Shown one piece after another: positions 61,819 to 64,000 of a stretch of DNA of 64,000 nucleotides; the stretch's first letter is position 1; each line of letters starts with the position of its first letter. Below the pieces are notes generated by a model. That model was not told where the DNA came from and did no database searches. It saw nothing but the letters and a program-made list of their open reading frames with translations. Origin of the DNA: the human T2T-CHM13v2.0 reference genome, Homo sapiens. The stretch is from the NCBI RefSeq assembly GCF_009914755.1, contig NC_060927.1. One strand, written 5' to 3'. A program made the position numbers and the translations under genes.

Positions 61819-61992
61819 CTAGTGACGCATAGGAACCTGCATTCAGGGCACCTGCACCTAAGCGCCCGCTTCGCACAGACTGTCCAGCAGCATGATGTGC
61901 CTTGGCACCTGCAGCAGCATTCACATCAATGTCACTTCGTGAACGCTGCAGGCTTCCTGGAAGGGAACTGGCTTTGCTGCTGCCTGCTGATA
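61819..61992 (-). CDS. CLASP2: CLASP2 exon, 174 nt VSAGSSKASSLPGSLQRSRSDIDVNAAAGAK...GSYASL
   Basis: gtag|TATCA...CTAG|gtaag; conserved CLASP LQRSRSDIDVNAAA motif; phase 1-1. Confidence 0.97.
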
Positions 61993-62403
61993 CTACGAAA
62001 TACAAAGCAAAGATAACTTATATCATTTAAATCACTGAAAACATGAAAATTATATAAACCTGACCACCATGAGCTAATCTGATGACAAATGGTCAACAAA
62101 AAGGCTGTGGCCAAATGGACAGTACTATTAAGCATTTTAAAGTCAGAATGCCTCAGTTTCAATCACAACTAAGTCTTCAGCAATTTTCTCAATATTTCTC
62201 TACCTTATTTCTCTCCCATAAAAATGGGAAAAATGGTGACATTGTGACTGTAAAATTCATAGGACTGTTTTGTAGATGAAGAGATGATGTTTAGGACTGA
62301 TTTGTGCAAAGGAAGCACTGTACAAGATAAATAGAAAGCAGCAGTATTATTTTTTACTATGATAAAAATACAAGAAAAACTAGTCCAGGAGTAGAGATAT
62401 TAA

Positions 62404-62707
<304 letters not shown>

Positions 62708-63020
62708 AGGAGTTTTATAAACTGTGAGTTATGACCCATTAATAGGTTGTAAAATCAACTGAGTGCGTCATGAGAAGCATTATGAAGAAATGAAACAATT
62801 GAAAACAGAGTGCATCACAAGTAAGAGTAAGTATGGCTTCCTGGAACTTCGGGTTTTATTATATATGTATACACGTATACATATACAGGTACAGTGCATA
62901 TGTGTGGTACTGAGTTACCAAGTAAAACGATCTTTTCACTATGGAGCACATCAAAAGAGTTTGAAGGCTACTGTTTCAAAGATAAAATAGGTTATAACTC
63001 TTATTTAAAGAGAAAATTAC

Positions 63021-63076
63021 CTCTTCCAGCCACAGTTGATGGATTTGCTGTAGACCATTTGGAAGAAAAAGGGCGA
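63021..63076 (-). CDS. CLASP2: CLASP2 exon, 56 nt (N)RPFSSKWSTANPSTVAGR
   Basis: gcag|TCGCCC...AGAG|gtaat; phase 2 to 1. Confidence 0.95.
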
Positions 63077-63179
63077 CTGCAAAGTATAAAAAATGCTTTT
63101 AGTAAGAAGACAATTTAACACTCCTCTGATAAAAACCAATAAAATACTACTGAATTTTGTGGAAAGTTGAGAAGTATTT

Positions 63180-63487
63180 CTTTTTTCTTTTTTTTTTTTT
63201 TTGAGACAGAGTCTTGCTGTGTCACCCAGGCTACAGTGTAGTCCCATAATCATGGCTCACTGCAGTCTTGACTTCCCAGACTCAAGTGATCATCCCACCT
63301 CAATCTCTCAAGTTACCTGGGACTATATGTGCCTGCCACCAAGCGTGGCTAATTTTTAAATTTTTAATAGAGATCGGGTTTCCCTAAGTTTCCCAGGCTG
63401 GTCTCAAACTCCTGGGCTCAAGTGTGATCCTCCTACCTCAGCCTCTCAAAGTGCTGGAATTATATGTGTGAGCCACCGTGCCTAGCT
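63180..63487 (-). mobile_element. Alu (J-type)
   Basis: Antisense Alu. Confidence 0.9.
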
Positions 63488-64000
63488 GGTACTTCCAATT
63501 TGAATTCTCCTTTTACAAATCGCATTAGAACAGTTCCTCCCAATCATCAGGTATCAATGTGTCTCAATTAGCTATGAAGCAAAAATAAAATACTGGCAGT
63601 GAATAAAGACTAAGCTCTACAGAGACAGGGATCAGGTTGCCTTTGTTCACTCTGCTCCTCAACACACATCATGGTGACCACCAAAGAGAACTCGATAACA
63701 GTACTATTATTTTTCACTTGTATCCTGAGATATTTTACTTAGAAGAAAGGGGTAGTGTTATCACTAGCACATAGGCAACTCAGCATAACCAAAGCCTCTC
63801 TCACCTAAGTTGTAAGGTTGTAATGTCCGTGTAATGTTTAAGCTAACATCACATTATTTTTATAAGTGTCTCCCAAAATTGTTATTCTCTTAGATTGAGG
63901 CGGATCACTTTAAGGTTCACAGAATCTAAAGTTGTTTATGTTTAAAAATGTTACATTAGAGCAATATAAAATATCTTCCTTTAGATCCTTTGTACTCAAA

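Overview
Human/primate genomic DNA. The whole window lies inside CLASP2 (CLIP-associating protein 2, a microtubule plus-end tracker), transcribed on the minus strand. It runs from the S/R-rich linker after TOG2, through the two SxIP EB-binding motifs and TOG3, into the next linker. I traced the exon chain by hand with GT/AG boundaries and consistent phases. It includes a 3-nt microexon (Arg), 18/24/24/27-nt microexons, and several extra frame-preserving candidate cassettes. The introns hold about 40 Alus, L1 fragments, LTRs, DNA-transposon fossils and an antisense COX6C processed copy with an open frame and apparently pre-anthropoid sequence. Nearly all ORFs in the supplied track are Alu/L1 or chance ORFs. 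I see no wholly new biological system. The most interesting signals are the modular microexon architecture, the COX6C fossil and several template-switch-like duplication scars. Protein and repeat identifications are from recall, not database searches, and repeat boundaries are approximate.
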